Assembly (NCBI GenBank): GCA_963754705.1
Contig: CAVWGZ010000005.1
Location: 162,161 to 226,160 of the forward strand
Direction: 5' to 3'
Source: an uncultured Actinomycetes bacterium
GTDB lineage: Bacteria; Actinomycetota; Acidimicrobiia; Acidimicrobiales; Ilumatobacteraceae
DNA length: 64,000 nucleotides
Shown: positions 62,702-64,000 of the stretch, piece by piece
Layout of the letters: each line of letters starts with the position of its first letter
Numbering within the stretch: the stretch's first letter is position 1
Made by a program: the position numbers and the translations under genes
Notes under the pieces: model-generated
Database searches by the model: none
Told to the model about the DNA's origin: nothing
The model's input: only the letters and a program-made list of their open reading frames with translations

Positions 62702-62959
62702 GTGATCGCTCTCACCGTCGACACGGCGAAGAACATCGCCATCCTCGTCCTCGCTGCCGTCCTCGTCGCCGGCGTTCTCGCCGTCAAGATCACCAAGACG
62801 GTCACCCAGAAGGCGGTCGCGGTGGTGATCGTGCTCTGCATCGGGCTCGGGGTCTGGACCCAGCGAACCAACGTCACCGACTGCGCCGAACAGGTCAGGT
62901 CCGGTCAGGAGTCGTCGACCACCTGCACCTTCTTCGGCCAGGAGGTCACGGTGCGCTGA
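62702..62959 (+). CDS. small two-TM membrane protein
   Basis: A GTG start is followed by IAILVLAAVLVAGVLAV and AVAVVIVLCIGLGVW. Confidence 0.4.
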   Translation: MIALTVDTAKNIAILVLAAVLVAGVLAVKITKTVTQKAVAVVIVLCIGLGVWTQRTNVTDCAEQVRSGQESSTTCTFFGQEVTVR

Positions 62960-63710
62960 GGCGCCTCAGCAACGGTTCGACGAGTCGCTCGGCGAACTGC
63001 CCGGCGACACTCGAGTGGGCGTCGTGGTGGCAGTTGTCGAGGACGACCAGCTCGGCATCGGGCAGCGAGGCGGCGAGTTCGGCCGTTCCCCGGTGGTGGT
63101 GTGGCCGTGGATGGTCGCTGACCCCGACGACCACCGGGCACTCGACCTGGGCCGGCGTGAACGGGATGCGGAGCAGATCCTCGAGTTCGGCGACGAGCGC
63201 CGTGCCCTCTCGCCGGCGGACCTCGCGGGTGCGTTGGGGAAGGCCCTCCCAGCGTGCGTCGCCGATCAGCCGGCGCATGAACTGCTCCGCCGCCTCGGCC
63301 GGTGACGCATCGGCGGCGAGTGCGGCCGCACCGGCCGTCGTCGTCGGCCACCACGGTGTCCACGGCATCGGCGGCTCGAAGGCGACGACCCCGGCGACCA
63401 GGCTCGGGTGGGCAGCGGCGGCGGCCAGGGCGATCACCCCTCCGAGGCTGTGCCCGATCAGCACCGCCGGATCGCCGCCGAGCAGCTCGACGACGTCGTC
63501 GATGTTCCCGGCGACGGTGAACGGACCCGGGTGATCGATCCGCCGTCCGTACCCCCGACGATCGAAGCGGAACACCAGTGAGCTCCCGTCCAGCCGGCGG
63601 GCGAGCTTGGCCATCCCCGCCGCCCGATCCATCGCTCCGTGGATCATCACCAGCCGCTGCCCGTCGGCAGGACCGGTGACGCTCCACCACTCGGCCGGCA
63701 GCGTCGTCAC
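62946..63710 (-). CDS. alpha/beta hydrolase
   Basis: The motifs are LVMIHGAMD, the nucleophile elbow GHSLGG, and NCHHDAH near the C-terminus. The start is taken at GTG 63710. Confidence 0.75.
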   Translation of the reverse strand: MTTLPAEWWSVTGPADGQRLVMIHGAMDRAAGMAKLARRLDGSSLVFRFDRRGYGRRIDHPGPFTVAGNIDDVVELLGGDPAVLIGHSLGGVIALAAAAAHPSLVAGVVAFEPPMPWTPWWPTTTAGAAALAADASPAEAAEQFMRRLIGDARWEGLPQRTREVRRREGTALVAELEDLLRIPFTPAQVECPVVVGVSDHPRPHHHRGTAELAASLPDAELVVLDNCHHDAHSSVAGQFAERLVEPLLRRLSAP

Positions 63711-64000
63711 TCGACGGTGACGACGCGCAACACGTCGGTCGACGCTCCCGACGGCCGGTCCGGGGCGCCGGCGAGGACCAGCACCTGCTGGCCGGTGCGG
63801 ACGATCCCCTGATGGACGACCCGTTCGACCGCGTGCCAGACCATTTCGTCGGTCGAGTGATAGGTGTCGACGACGAGGGGGAAGACGCCCCACGAGATCG
63901 CCAGGCCGCGCGCCGAGGCAGGATCCGGGCTGAGGCCGATCAGCGGTGCGCCGGGGCGGAAGCTGGCCATCGCCCGCGCCGTGCGGCCGCTGCGGGTGCA
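63707..64000 (-). CDS. pyk: pyruvate kinase, C-terminal part (runs off the right edge)
   Basis: TRSGRTARAMASFRPGAPLIGLSPDPASARGLAISWGVFPL...VLVLAGAP... is the PK C-terminal domain. Confidence 0.8.
   Translation of the reverse strand, partial: CTRSGRTARAMASFRPGAPLIGLSPDPASARGLAISWGVFPLVVDTYHSTDEMVWHAVERVVHQGIVRTGQQVLVLAGAPDRPSGASTDVLRVVTVE

Overview
This is a high-GC chromosomal segment of about 70% GC by hand counts. It looks like Actinomycetota, because it carries an ARC/Mpa proteasomal ATPase ending in GQYL and long-type transaldolase. I found no rRNA, CRISPR array, transposase, integrase or prophage.

Gene content, left to right:
- aroB-aroK and arc.
- A ferredoxin / PPOX-type / AraC / ArsR-SRPBCC group.
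- A three-gene YHYH-HupE-YHYH cassette bracketed by perfect 21-bp direct repeats.
- selD plus tRNA-Sec.
- A seven-gene sugar-uptake and glycosidase operon (2 ABC permeases, binding protein, GH15, GH31, ROK regulator).
- A roughly 60% GC islet: two gene fragments, an alpha/beta hydrolase, an ECF41-like sigma factor, a beta-lactamase-fold hydrolase and aqpZ.
- selA-selB.
- A long minus-strand array: radical SAM, AhpD/CMD-like, trmI, ttuA-like, ThiS-like, three small membrane/basic proteins, a Lon N-domain protein and PBP4.
- An ADP-forming acyl-CoA synthetase, a TetR/desaturase pair and a FIST protein.
- tkt-tal, a LOG-family protein, and glcF ... aldH/P450 ... glcE-glcD.
- An EamA transporter, typA, a GH13 alpha-glucosidase, parA and fadB.
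- rnd, a rhodanese, mobA, a DUF3151-like protein and the pyk 3' end.

The dominant anomaly is single-base frame breaks. They are very dense in two blocks (about 10.97-18.86 kb and 53.28-60.08 kb) and sporadic elsewhere. The peptide sequence on both sides of each break remains clearly recognisable as the same protein family. I therefore list those genes as frameshifted 'pseudogenes' but suspect uncorrected sequencing or assembly error at least as much as biology.

The most interesting biological signals are:
- The repeat-bounded metal-type cassette.
- The split selenocysteine machinery next to tRNA-Sec, with no selenoprotein gene visible in the window.
- A translationally coupled trmI-ttuA-ThiS-like tRNA-modification operon.
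- REP-like hairpin repeats.
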